DNA from: a virus
Direction: 5' to 3' (one strand)
IMG/VR virus record: IMGVR_UViG_3300024317_000004
Span: 1-64,000 of that record
DNA length: 64,000 nt
In this document: piece by piece, positions 39,128-48,173 of the stretch
Numbering within the stretch: the stretch's first letter is position 1
Layout: the number at the start of each line of letters is the position of its first letter
Translations under genes and position numbers: made by a program
The notes under the pieces: generated by a model
Told to the model about the DNA's origin: nothing
Database searches by the model: none
Seen by the model: only the letters and a program-made list of their open reading frames with translations

Positions 39128-40195
39128 ATGGCCGTAGGCCCTAATTCACTCAAGTCCTTCACGATCACCGAAGACGTGCCCGACGGCCTTTCGGTGGTCC
39201 TAGAAGGTAGCGGTATTCCGTTCGGAAGGCCGCGTGAGATCACGGGTTTTGAGACAGGCGGGCAACTACAGCACGAGAAGATCTACCTGCCTGGACGCAC
39301 CTCACCGATCTATCAGGTACAACAGGCGCGCCAGCGCGACCTTGAGTTCAACGGTGCGTTCAGAGACCACCTTAGGGCCCAGGACAGAGACGCCGCACAA
39401 GTCGGATGGGCGCGGGAGATGGTTAGGTCCATCGAACAGGTCCGCAAACGGGCGAACCTCGTCAAGATCGAGTGGGGCAAAGACAGCTGGCTCGGGCTAC
39501 TCACCGAGACGAAGTTCGGCTGGGAATCCGAAAGCGACGTTACGTATCACCTGATTTTTGCCATCGCATCCACTGCCGACACGGAGACGCAGGAAGCACC
39601 GCAGGCCACCGAGCCACAGCGAACGCCAGTCGATATCGCCGCACTGATCCAACGAGATCTTGCAGAGGCTAGAGCACAGTTGGCCGCGTTAGCAGTCAGA
39701 GCGAGTGCTTTGCAAACCATGGTGACCATCCTCAACGCTGTCGACACCGCGCAACAGGCCGCCCGTGACCTCGCCGAAGCTGTGACCACGTCCGCTACCG
39801 TATCCCGCGCCGCAGCGAATGCTGCAGCAGCCAGAGTGGATGGCGCGGGGCGTGCCACGCAGGATGCTTCGAGGGCCATCATCAAGATGCTGTCCGGCAC
39901 AAAGACGCTGGCGATTGTACCCGACGGTGACCCATCGCTGACGCTGTCGTGGCTCTCGGCGAGCACCGCGACGCTCATTGCAGCCGATGGCGCCATTGAT
40001 CGAGCGCGGTCACTGCGTGCCTCGGCTCGCTCGAGCGTGACGAAGACGGCGCGTGTTTACGTCGTTCGAAGCGGTGACACGCTGGAGTCGATAGCCCGGA
40101 GCGAGATGGGCGATGCGTCGCGTTCGGGCGAACTTGGCGTCAGGTCCGATGAACTCCGCCCTGGCTTGAACATTCGCATACCCGAATCAGCCTAA
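39128..40195 (+). CDS. Tail tube initiator/baseplate protein with C-terminal LysM
   Basis: YVVRSGDTLESIA......L.PG..I.IP. Confidence 0.8.
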   Translation: MAVGPNSLKSFTITEDVPDGLSVVLEGSGIPFGRPREITGFETGGQLQHEKIYLPGRTSPIYQVQQARQRDLEFNGAFRDHLRAQDRDAAQVGWAREMVRSIEQVRKRANLVKIEWGKDSWLGLLTETKFGWESESDVTYHLIFAIASTADTETQEAPQATEPQRTPVDIAALIQRDLAEARAQLAALAVRASALQTMVTILNAVDTAQQAARDLAEAVTTSATVSRAAANAAAARVDGAGRATQDASRAIIKMLSGTKTLAIVPDGDPSLTLSWLSASTATLIAADGAIDRARSLRASARSSVTKTARVYVVRSGDTLESIARSEMGDASRSGELGVRSDELRPGLNIRIPESA

Positions 40196-40878
40196 TGTCC
40201 TTCGTCCAGCTACTTGCAACGTCGCCCTACCGCGTCAGGGTGACCCTGGGCCAGTCCGTCTCTACGTACACGCCCGGCATCCTGGTCGCCACGAACTGGT
40301 CGATTGCCCGCGTCGACGGTGCTGGCGGCGTTCCGGTCTCGGTCACGTTCGCGTTTCAGACGGATGTTACGTCGCTGGAACTCGCGCTCTCCTCCCCGCT
40401 CCTCGACGGCATCCAGTACACGCTGTCCGAGTCACCGGCGGGCTCTGGCGTTGTGGCATGGCGCGCGCCGGTTACGCAGTCGACGCAGCAGCAGGGCGTT
40501 GCCAGTGATCCGGAAGCAGAAGCATTAGGAGTGGACATTGATTTTCTTGCAGCCTCTCTCGACGCCACCGGAGACATGCCCGAGATTCGCGGCAAGAACT
40601 GCCTCGCCAACGATCTCATATGCATCGCCCTCACCTCGCCCAGCGAGCTGTTCCATCGGCCCGCCGAGGGCGGCGACATGCTCAGCGAAGTCAACGCACC
40701 GGGCAACGATCCGGATGCCGTAGGACGCCGATTGCGGGCCACGTGGTCCAAAGACCGCAGGGTGAAGAGCATCGGTCCGATTGAGATCACAGACGACGGT
40801 CAAGGCAGCCTCACCGCGAGCACGGCCGTACAGACCGTGCCACTCCCTGAGCCGCTCACGATTCGAGTCACCACGTAA
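40195..40878 (+). CDS. Baseplate wedge protein (gp25/GpW-like C-domain)
   Basis: T.P.EL.HRP.EG...DRRVKSI motifs. Confidence 0.65.
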   Translation: MSFVQLLATSPYRVRVTLGQSVSTYTPGILVATNWSIARVDGAGGVPVSVTFAFQTDVTSLELALSSPLLDGIQYTLSESPAGSGVVAWRAPVTQSTQQQGVASDPEAEALGVDIDFLAASLDATGDMPEIRGKNCLANDLICIALTSPSELFHRPAEGGDMLSEVNAPGNDPDAVGRRLRATWSKDRRVKSIGPIEITDDGQGSLTASTAVQTVPLPEPLTIRVTT

Positions 40879-42041
40879 TGTCCGTAGCACTCCCAACGGT
40901 TGATGAACTCGCCGCCGCAGGTCGCGCAGCCTTCCGCAAGTCCATCGACCCCGATGGCACCGGTGCGGTCGACCTCGCTGCCGGCAGTCGTAACGATACG
41001 GCAATCAGCGCGCTCACGGCGATTGCCAACCGGATCCTGGCCTACGTCCTGGACCGCGTCGCAGCGGCCCGTATTGCCAGCGCTACCGGCGATGACCTCG
41101 ATGCCGCGGCACTGGACTGGTACGGCGAGTTCCGCAAGCAAGACGTCGCTGCTACGGGTTTCGTCGAGCTAACACGTCCTGGCACTGGCCTCACGTCCAT
41201 CCCGCTCGGGTCCAGGTTCGCGATACCCGCATCCGCAGGCCAGCCTGCCATCACGTTTCAGGCTTCCCAAGACGTCTCGGTTGAATTTGCGTCCCTCACG
41301 GCCGTAGTGCCCATCGAGTGCACGCAGACGGGCACGCAGGGCAACATCGGGACGCCGCTCAAGATCACGGCGGTCCTGGACACGTTGCCTGACAGCACGT
41401 GGACGCCGAACACGGCCTACAGCGCCGTCATCGGTGGCGGCGGTGACCGCGAGAACGATGACCAGTTCAAAGCGCGCCTACGCCTCACCACGCCTCAGGC
41501 CGAACGGCAGCGAGGCACCAAGGCCGCCATTGACACCGGTGCCTTTCGGGTCGCAGGCGTGACCTTCGAGACAGCTATAGAGCCCAACGACGGCACGGTG
41601 GTTTTGTACGCTGGCGATAGCGCGTTCAATCTGCCGACGGCACTGAAGCAAGCTATCGACACCGAGCTGCTCAACTGGCGCTGCTTCGGCGTGCCGGTCA
41701 TTGCCCGCTCGTACAACGTACAGACGGTGCAGGTCACTGCAGTCGTGCACATGGCTCGCTCGCTTGCGAATTACGACCAAGCTGCGGTCGTGAGTGACGC
41801 CGTGCAGCGGGTGATTGATTACTTCGAAGCGCGGCCGAATCCCGATGAGTATTGGCGTGACGCCGTAATCGGCGCGCTCTTCAAGGCTCATGCAGAGGTA
41901 CAGCACGTCATCCTTTCAGCGCCATCGTCTGATCAGCCTCGCCCGACCGACGCTGGTTATGGGTCGGTAACAGCGCTCGATCGATTCAAAGCCGATGCGT
42001 CGTCCATCGCGATCACCATACTCGGCCCGCAGACTTCGTAG
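40878..42041 (+). CDS. Baseplate J-like protein
   Basis: ATGDDLD, A.G.V, C...GT.GN, GGGDRE.D..F..R, GTKAAI motifs. Confidence 0.9.
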   Translation: MSVALPTVDELAAAGRAAFRKSIDPDGTGAVDLAAGSRNDTAISALTAIANRILAYVLDRVAAARIASATGDDLDAAALDWYGEFRKQDVAATGFVELTRPGTGLTSIPLGSRFAIPASAGQPAITFQASQDVSVEFASLTAVVPIECTQTGTQGNIGTPLKITAVLDTLPDSTWTPNTAYSAVIGGGGDRENDDQFKARLRLTTPQAERQRGTKAAIDTGAFRVAGVTFETAIEPNDGTVVLYAGDSAFNLPTALKQAIDTELLNWRCFGVPVIARSYNVQTVQVTAVVHMARSLANYDQAAVVSDAVQRVIDYFEARPNPDEYWRDAVIGALFKAHAEVQHVILSAPSSDQPRPTDAGYGSVTALDRFKADASSIAITILGPQTS

Positions 42042-42046
42042 GAACC

Positions 42047-42589
42047 ATGGCCTCTTATCCCGACACGCTTCTGCGGAATAGCCCGCCCACTCAGGACCCC
42101 GACTACGGCGGCGCATCTGCTTCGAAGTGGGGCAAGCTCTCGATCGCTTGGGTCAACAGCGTTCTGCAGTTCTTCGAGGGTGTTTACCTAAACATCATCT
42201 ACCAGCCGAATGGGCGAATCTTCGTTGTCGTCCAGCAGGCTGTTGCCGCTGGGGATGTTGTGTGTTTGTTTCCTGACGTCCCCATCAGCAATGCTCGTTA
42301 CTGGGCGCAGCGGTATGCCGCTACCATCGGCGGCAACGCGACAACCAACGTTCAGATCCTCGGTGTAGCTATGAAGCCGGCATCGTCGGGTGTGGCTGCA
42401 GAGGTCGCTCCGTATGGAATCATTCCAGCTTCTGTAACAGGGCTCATTGCAACGTCCGGCACATCGTTTGATGTAGGGCTGAATGCTGCTAATGGGCGCA
42501 TGCGCAGCGCGCAGGCTGGTGACGTGATCCTGGGTCGCTGCGACGGACAGTCGAACATGTTGTTCAGTGGCCATGGCGAGGCCGTATGA
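42047..42589 (+). CDS. Virion structural protein (putative)
   Basis: Located in the baseplate cluster. Confidence 0.55.
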   Translation: MASYPDTLLRNSPPTQDPDYGGASASKWGKLSIAWVNSVLQFFEGVYLNIIYQPNGRIFVVVQQAVAAGDVVCLFPDVPISNARYWAQRYAATIGGNATTNVQILGVAMKPASSGVAAEVAPYGIIPASVTGLIATSGTSFDVGLNAANGRMRSAQAGDVILGRCDGQSNMLFSGHGEAV

Positions 42590-43413
42590 ACCTCGATGCG
42601 GACGTCGATCTGCCCGATGAGTACGATCTCTGCCCTGACCGCAACGACCAGATTCTACCCACGCTCGACGACGCAATGGCGCTGCTGCCAGGCTGGGCGC
42701 AGCGGCTGGATAGCCCCGTTCGCGACGCATTGCTCGAAGCGTGGCGCGCGATGGCGAACATGCTGCAGGCGAAGCTTGGGCAGTTCATTGCGCAGACCTA
42801 TTCGCCACGCACCGCAGAAGACACGTGGCTCGACGAATTCGGGCAACTGCTACATCAGCCCAAAACGGGCAACGAGAGCGAAGGCGAGTACCGCGCGCGC
42901 TTGCTGGCACGTGGTGACGTCGTCAGCCCCAATGCCATCAAGGCTGCTGTGGACGCGCTCGTCGCGAAGGTCTCGCCCATCGCTCCGGTGTACCTAGAGC
43001 CAGCCACGGACGCGATCTTCTGGTCGGACCTCGGTAGCCCATGGACAGCCTTCTGGCAGCCCGTAGACCACAGGCTGTGGGCCGACTACCCGGATAACAT
43101 CAACCCCCACGTCGGCGTCTATTGGGTACCCGACGTTGAGTACGCGCTGTTTTGGATCGTGCTGCCGGGCGACTCTGGCGCCTCGGAGCCACAGGTCTAC
43201 TGCCAGCCAAACGATGAAGGCGCGCCAGGAACGCAGTGGATCAACCTGTTCAATGACCCCTCGTTCGTGATGCCGGTCAACACCGAGGTCGGCTTTGTGT
43301 TCGCAAACGACACGCCGCTGCTTGAGCAGATCGCATCGAGCGTGAACACGATTCGCGGTGGCGGCGTGACCTGGATGGCCTTCAGCGATTTCGGAATCGC
43401 CTCAGCGCTCTAG
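42586..43413 (+). CDS. Baseplate wedge (gpI-like) protein
   Basis: TA...WLD.FG.......NE....YRARL. Confidence 0.7.
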   Translation: MNLDADVDLPDEYDLCPDRNDQILPTLDDAMALLPGWAQRLDSPVRDALLEAWRAMANMLQAKLGQFIAQTYSPRTAEDTWLDEFGQLLHQPKTGNESEGEYRARLLARGDVVSPNAIKAAVDALVAKVSPIAPVYLEPATDAIFWSDLGSPWTAFWQPVDHRLWADYPDNINPHVGVYWVPDVEYALFWIVLPGDSGASEPQVYCQPNDEGAPGTQWINLFNDPSFVMPVNTEVGFVFANDTPLLEQIASSVNTIRGGGVTWMAFSDFGIASAL

Positions 43414-43425
43414 CGAAAGAAACAT

Positions 43426-44613
43426 ATGGGCAATCGAATTGTCATCACGCCTGGCGCTGCGGCCACGGCCGTCGATATGCAGCGTCTTGCAGACGTGGCA
43501 TGCACGGCCGAGGACCGTGTCTCGGACACGTTATTCACCCCCGCGTGGGCCGGCGATGGCGTCTTCGACAAAAAAGTCTTCCCCCTGGTCCCAGAGCCTA
43601 GCCTCTCGCCATACGTACGCCCTCGCCTGGTGTACCCAGGTACGATTACCGGTGGCGTAGACATCCTGCCAGCGTTCTACGAGGTGGGCGCGCCGGGTGC
43701 CGTTTCTGCGAACGCGAACACTATAAGGCAATCCGCTTCGAAGCAGACGCTCTACTCGCTGCCGGCTACGGCATTCCCATCATCGGTTGGCCCGCGTATC
43801 GACCTCGTATACGCGAAGGTCGAACTTGTCGATACGGTCGAGTCACGCAAGTACAAAGATCCGAACACGGGCGCGGTAACGACGTCGCCCGTGACGCTCT
43901 ATAGCACGCCGACGGTCACGTTTGGCGTGGTCACTGGCGCCGACGATGGGTCGCTCACCGTCGGTGATGTGCCTGCTGACACGGCATCTGCGTGGCATTT
44001 CCCGCTCGCGTTCCTTTTCTTGGACAACGGCAGCGGTGGCGCTTGGACGCAAGGCACCGCGATTGCGCAGACTCGCATCAACCAGTTTTGGGACAGCGGG
44101 TGGATACGTCGGCACAGGGTGCAGCTCGCCGAGGCCGCGAGCATCATGTCCGATGCGTATGTACCCAGCGTCAACGGCCGCGCATCAACGCCTCTTAGCA
44201 ACCGGTGGGGTGCCAGCATCGCCGTATCCGGGATTCTGCAGAACTACGCCGCAGACCCCGGTGTATTCAAGGTCTTCGACAACCAGCACGATTGGTCACG
44301 ACGGTTCGCCAAGATCTATGCGGGCTACCTTGCCGACAGCATTGGCAACGCAGCCACACCCGACGGCACATCGCCAGCGCCTGCCCGGTTCGACCCGACC
44401 ACGAACGTCATGAGCACGTTCCAGTTCATTGGCGCAACCGCAGGCTCTCGCTACCTGCTGCAAGATTGGAACGTCGGCTCGACCGAGCACCTCAAGTTTT
44501 ATCTGAGCACAACCGGTGCCATCGAGGTGGAGTTCATAGGTGGCCCGCTCGGCGGCGGCGGTTCCTCTGTCTACGTCATCCTGATCGAAGCTTCGGACCA
44601 GTTCAAGCTCTAG
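43426..44613 (+). CDS. Tail fibre-proximal protein, paralog A1
   Basis: RIDLVYA, YSTPTVT, FDNQHDW motifs shared with the next gene. Confidence 0.7.
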   Translation: MGNRIVITPGAAATAVDMQRLADVACTAEDRVSDTLFTPAWAGDGVFDKKVFPLVPEPSLSPYVRPRLVYPGTITGGVDILPAFYEVGAPGAVSANANTIRQSASKQTLYSLPATAFPSSVGPRIDLVYAKVELVDTVESRKYKDPNTGAVTTSPVTLYSTPTVTFGVVTGADDGSLTVGDVPADTASAWHFPLAFLFLDNGSGGAWTQGTAIAQTRINQFWDSGWIRRHRVQLAEAASIMSDAYVPSVNGRASTPLSNRWGASIAVSGILQNYAADPGVFKVFDNQHDWSRRFAKIYAGYLADSIGNAATPDGTSPAPARFDPTTNVMSTFQFIGATAGSRYLLQDWNVGSTEHLKFYLSTTGAIEVEFIGGPLGGGGSSVYVILIEASDQFKL

Positions 44614-44619
44614 GAAGCC

Positions 44620-45834
44620 ATGGGAACCCGCAAAGTTTGGAACGACGGCGAGGCATTCTCGACAGTCGAAGCGCAGCGTGCTGCCGATGCTGCAGCGACC
44701 GCTGAAGAGCGCGCTTGGCAACTGCTGGCTACGCCAGAGTTCCAGGGCTCCAGCACGTACGACAAGCGTGTCTTCCCGCTCATCCACGAGCCTCAGGACA
44801 CGTCGTACAACTACGGCAGGTCCTTAGTCTACCCAGGTGCCATTACTGGCGGCGTTACCATCCTGCCGGCCGTCTACACCGTCGGTGCGACGGGCAACGA
44901 CACGAGTGACGCGAGCGAGATGATCTTCTCGGCAACGCGTCTGACAACAGTCGATTTGCCGGCGTCGTCCTTCCCGACCTCAGTAACCAATGGCCGCACC
45001 GACCTCGTCTACGCGTTGATTCAACGAACCGCGACGACTGCCAACCGTAGAATCAAGGACACAACGACCGGCAACGTTTCGACGCAGACCGTTACGGTTT
45101 ACAGCACACCGACGGTTACCATCGACGTGGCACACGGTCCCGCAGACGGCACGTTTGACCCGCCCGCGTTGCCGGCGGATAGCTCAACGGCTTGGTACGT
45201 CCCGCTTGCTTTTCTGACCCTGGACGACGGCGCGGGCGGACCCTGGACGCAAGGGAACACGATCTCGCGATTCCGCATCTTCGAGGCGTGGCCAGCCGGC
45301 TGGATCAAACGCAGCCGCATTCAGGTGACTGCCGCTGCGTCGTTGATGACGGACGTCGTCTACAACCCAAGCGCGAACGGCAGGTCATCCGCAGGACTCA
45401 CGAATCAGTGGGGATCCAATCTTCGGAAATGCGCCGTTCTGCAGCGCAAGACCGCTGGCTCTGGCACTTATGCTGTGTTTGACAACAAGCACGACTGGCG
45501 ACGTCGTTATGCGAAGATCTCCATCGGTAGGGTTGTGACAACCGTCGGCGGGTCCACATCGATACCACCCGAGACCGACGGCGGCTCAACAACTGGCAAA
45601 GCGTTCAATGAGACGTCGACCGGGTTCTACTGGATCAACTCCGACGAAACAGGCACCAGTGGCGGCGCCTACGCTGCGGTGCTCGATTGGTCGGTCGGTG
45701 GCGACGCACAGAAGCGATTGCTCATCGGCGTGAACAATCAGACAGGCGCACTGGGCTTCGCATTCGCGGGCACCGACGCGACCGAGTCTCACTTTATCGT
45801 CGAAATCGAAGCAAGCGACCCGTTCAAGTTCTGA
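44620..45834 (+). CDS. Tail fibre-proximal protein, paralog A2
   Basis: Colinear with A1 from MG.R to IEASD.FK. Confidence 0.7.
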   Translation: MGTRKVWNDGEAFSTVEAQRAADAAATAEERAWQLLATPEFQGSSTYDKRVFPLIHEPQDTSYNYGRSLVYPGAITGGVTILPAVYTVGATGNDTSDASEMIFSATRLTTVDLPASSFPTSVTNGRTDLVYALIQRTATTANRRIKDTTTGNVSTQTVTVYSTPTVTIDVAHGPADGTFDPPALPADSSTAWYVPLAFLTLDDGAGGPWTQGNTISRFRIFEAWPAGWIKRSRIQVTAAASLMTDVVYNPSANGRSSAGLTNQWGSNLRKCAVLQRKTAGSGTYAVFDNKHDWRRRYAKISIGRVVTTVGGSTSIPPETDGGSTTGKAFNETSTGFYWINSDETGTSGGAYAAVLDWSVGGDAQKRLLIGVNNQTGALGFAFAGTDATESHFIVEIEASDPFKF

Positions 45835-45840
45835 ACCAAC

Positions 45841-46812
45841 ATGGGATTTATCAGCCTTATACGCACGGCCGCTGGACGCATGGCGGTCAAGCTCGATGCG
45901 CTCCGTATTACGGGCGGGTCCAACTCGCTCAACCTCCTTGTCTACGATTCGTCAGAGAACGCGTACATCCCAACGAATCCGTCCGCGATTAACGTCCACA
46001 CGCCTGGATACTCCGGAGACGGCCGTGACGGTGCGGTTCACTACACCACGAATACCACGCTCACGCAGGATATTCGAGCAACCACGCTGCTTGTCGACGT
46101 GGGCGTGTCGCTCAACGTTGCAGGCTTTGAGATCAGCGCAACCACGTCCATCACGAACAACGGCACGATTCACGACAACGGCGCCAATGCGTCCGGGGCT
46201 ACACCAGGCACGAATCGAGACCCCACGACGTGCAGTGTCGCCCTGGCTGGCGGAGATGGCGGAGCGCGAACGGCAGCCGGCGGAGTCACGAAGACGTCTC
46301 CGGTGCTTGGTGGTGGTCTACTTACTCCGGAGCCTTTTGGAGCGAGCGGCGGCGCGGGAGCTGGGACTGGTCACGGAGCAGGCGGCAACAATAGCACCTC
46401 GTTCACGTTCGACGTGAACGTGCGTAGTCCATTCTCCGGCCCAAGCCCGATGAGCATCGGGCTTATCTTGGGTTCCGCGGGTCAGTTTGAGGTCGTAACG
46501 CTTGGCTGCGGCGGCGGCGGCGGGAATGCCTCGACCGGCGGTACTGGAGGTGGCGGCGGCGGAGTCGTAAGACTCGGATCCCCGTTGATCATCAACAACG
46601 GCACAATCTCTGCCAAGGGCGGCAACGGCAGCGCTGGCACGGCATCTGGTGGCTCAGGCGGTGGAGGCGGTGGGGGCGGTCGCATCATCATCGTTGGCAA
46701 TCTAACTGTGGCCGGCACGCTCAACGTCTCCGGTGGCACCGGCGGCGCGGGCAACGGTTCCGGGACAGCTGGCACCAATGGGCAAGCTGGATCCGTTCAC
46801 CTGTTCAACTGA
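45841..46812 (+). CDS. Gly-rich tail/fibre protein, paralog B1
   Basis: GDG.DGAVHYTTNTTL; GGGGGGGRI repeats. Confidence 0.7.
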   Translation: MGFISLIRTAAGRMAVKLDALRITGGSNSLNLLVYDSSENAYIPTNPSAINVHTPGYSGDGRDGAVHYTTNTTLTQDIRATTLLVDVGVSLNVAGFEISATTSITNNGTIHDNGANASGATPGTNRDPTTCSVALAGGDGGARTAAGGVTKTSPVLGGGLLTPEPFGASGGAGAGTGHGAGGNNSTSFTFDVNVRSPFSGPSPMSIGLILGSAGQFEVVTLGCGGGGGNASTGGTGGGGGGVVRLGSPLIINNGTISAKGGNGSAGTASGGSGGGGGGGGRIIIVGNLTVAGTLNVSGGTGGAGNGSGTAGTNGQAGSVHLFN

Positions 46813-47810
46813 TGCGTCTCGTAAAACTTGTTCGTACTGCAGCAGGCAGACTCGCTGCGGTTGTTGGAGCGGTCCGTATATCCGACGCGTCGTCGGATCT
46901 GAGTCTTCCGATCTACGATCCGTCCGAAGACGCTTTCGTTCCTGGGAAGCCTGACTCGGTCGTGCGTATCCCTGGGTTCTTCGGAGACGGCAAAGATGGC
47001 GCAGTTCACTACACTACCAACACGACGCTCGCCCAAGACGTCAGGGCCGTCACGGTCCTTGTGGACCAAGGCGTTGTCGTCAATCAAAACGGCTTCGAAA
47101 TCAGCGCAAACTTTTCGATTGTGAACAACGGCACGATTCACGACAACGGCGCAGACGCTTTTGGTGGTGCCCGCGGAGAACAAAGATCTCTGCTTAACTC
47201 GTGCGGGCTCGCTGGTGGGCAAGGCGGGTTCCCGGGAGTGATAGGGAACCCCTCGCGAAGCCTATTCGTAGAGACTGCCGGGAGCGGTTATTATTTTACC
47301 TCCGAATCTCTTGGCGCCAGTGGAGGCGATGGCGGCGGTCCATCGGGCGGTGGCGGTGGAGACAATTCAACTTCCTGGGCCTCGTCGACGATCGGGAGCG
47401 GCCCATTCGTTGGACTGGATCCTACAAGCTGCACATTTTTATTCGACCCCACCGCGCTTGATAGTCCAGCCGCAGGCATTGGCAGCTTGTCGCTTGGAGC
47501 CGGAGGCGGTGGCGGCACGGATCCGGATGGTGGTGGTGGTGGCGCTGGTGGTGGCATCGTCCGCCTGCGCTCATTGCGCTTTACCAACAACGGCCTCATC
47601 TCTGCGCGCGGCGGCAATGGCGGAAACGCGGTTGCAGGCAATAGCGGCGGAGGTGGAGGCGGTGGGGGCGGTCGCATTGTGATCGTTTCCTCGCAGCTCG
47701 TTCAAGGCACGCTCAGTGTATCCGGCGGCATCGGCGGCTCTGGTCTTGGGACCGGCACTTCTGGGGCAAGTGGCCAAAGCGGCACGATTCACATCTTTGG
47801 TAATAACTGA
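46812..47810 (+). CDS. Gly-rich tail/fibre protein, paralog B2
   Basis: Colinear with B1; variable middle region. Confidence 0.7.
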   Translation: MRLVKLVRTAAGRLAAVVGAVRISDASSDLSLPIYDPSEDAFVPGKPDSVVRIPGFFGDGKDGAVHYTTNTTLAQDVRAVTVLVDQGVVVNQNGFEISANFSIVNNGTIHDNGADAFGGARGEQRSLLNSCGLAGGQGGFPGVIGNPSRSLFVETAGSGYYFTSESLGASGGDGGGPSGGGGGDNSTSWASSTIGSGPFVGLDPTSCTFLFDPTALDSPAAGIGSLSLGAGGGGGTDPDGGGGGAGGGIVRLRSLRFTNNGLISARGGNGGNAVAGNSGGGGGGGGGRIVIVSSQLVQGTLSVSGGIGGSGLGTGTSGASGQSGTIHIFGNN

Positions 47811-48173
47811 ATGCTAGCAAAACGTGATGACGTGATCGTGCCGCAAGGCGCGACCTATCGACGCGTGTACCAGCTTTTGGACACGGATCTGACGGGCTAT
47901 GCGGTGCATTCGCAGTTCCGCGATAGGCCGAACGGCACCGTACTCCTCGATCTGTCGCATCCGCCCGTGAACGGATCCGGAATCACGGTCGACGTTCAGC
48001 AAACCGATGACGGCCGTCCGATCACGATTTTGACCGTGCTCGCGCTGCAGGATCTGACCACGCCACTTGCGCCAGGGACTGCCGTTCATGACATTAAGAT
48101 CACGAGCCCTGGCGGCGAAGCGGATCGCATCGTCGAAGGCATCGTCATGATCACCGCAGAGGTCACGCAGTGA
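47811..48173 (+). CDS. Fibre adaptor-like beta-sandwich protein
   Basis: QGATY...DLTGY....Q.R...HDI........RIVEG. Confidence 0.65.
   Translation: MLAKRDDVIVPQGATYRRVYQLLDTDLTGYAVHSQFRDRPNGTVLLDLSHPPVNGSGITVDVQQTDDGRPITILTVLALQDLTTPLAPGTAVHDIKITSPGGEADRIVEGIVMITAEVTQ

Noticed and set aside
43426-47810. Diversity-generating retroelement template/variable repeats
   Set aside because: No reverse transcriptase in the window; the paralogs differ at all bases over their full length, not only at adenines.
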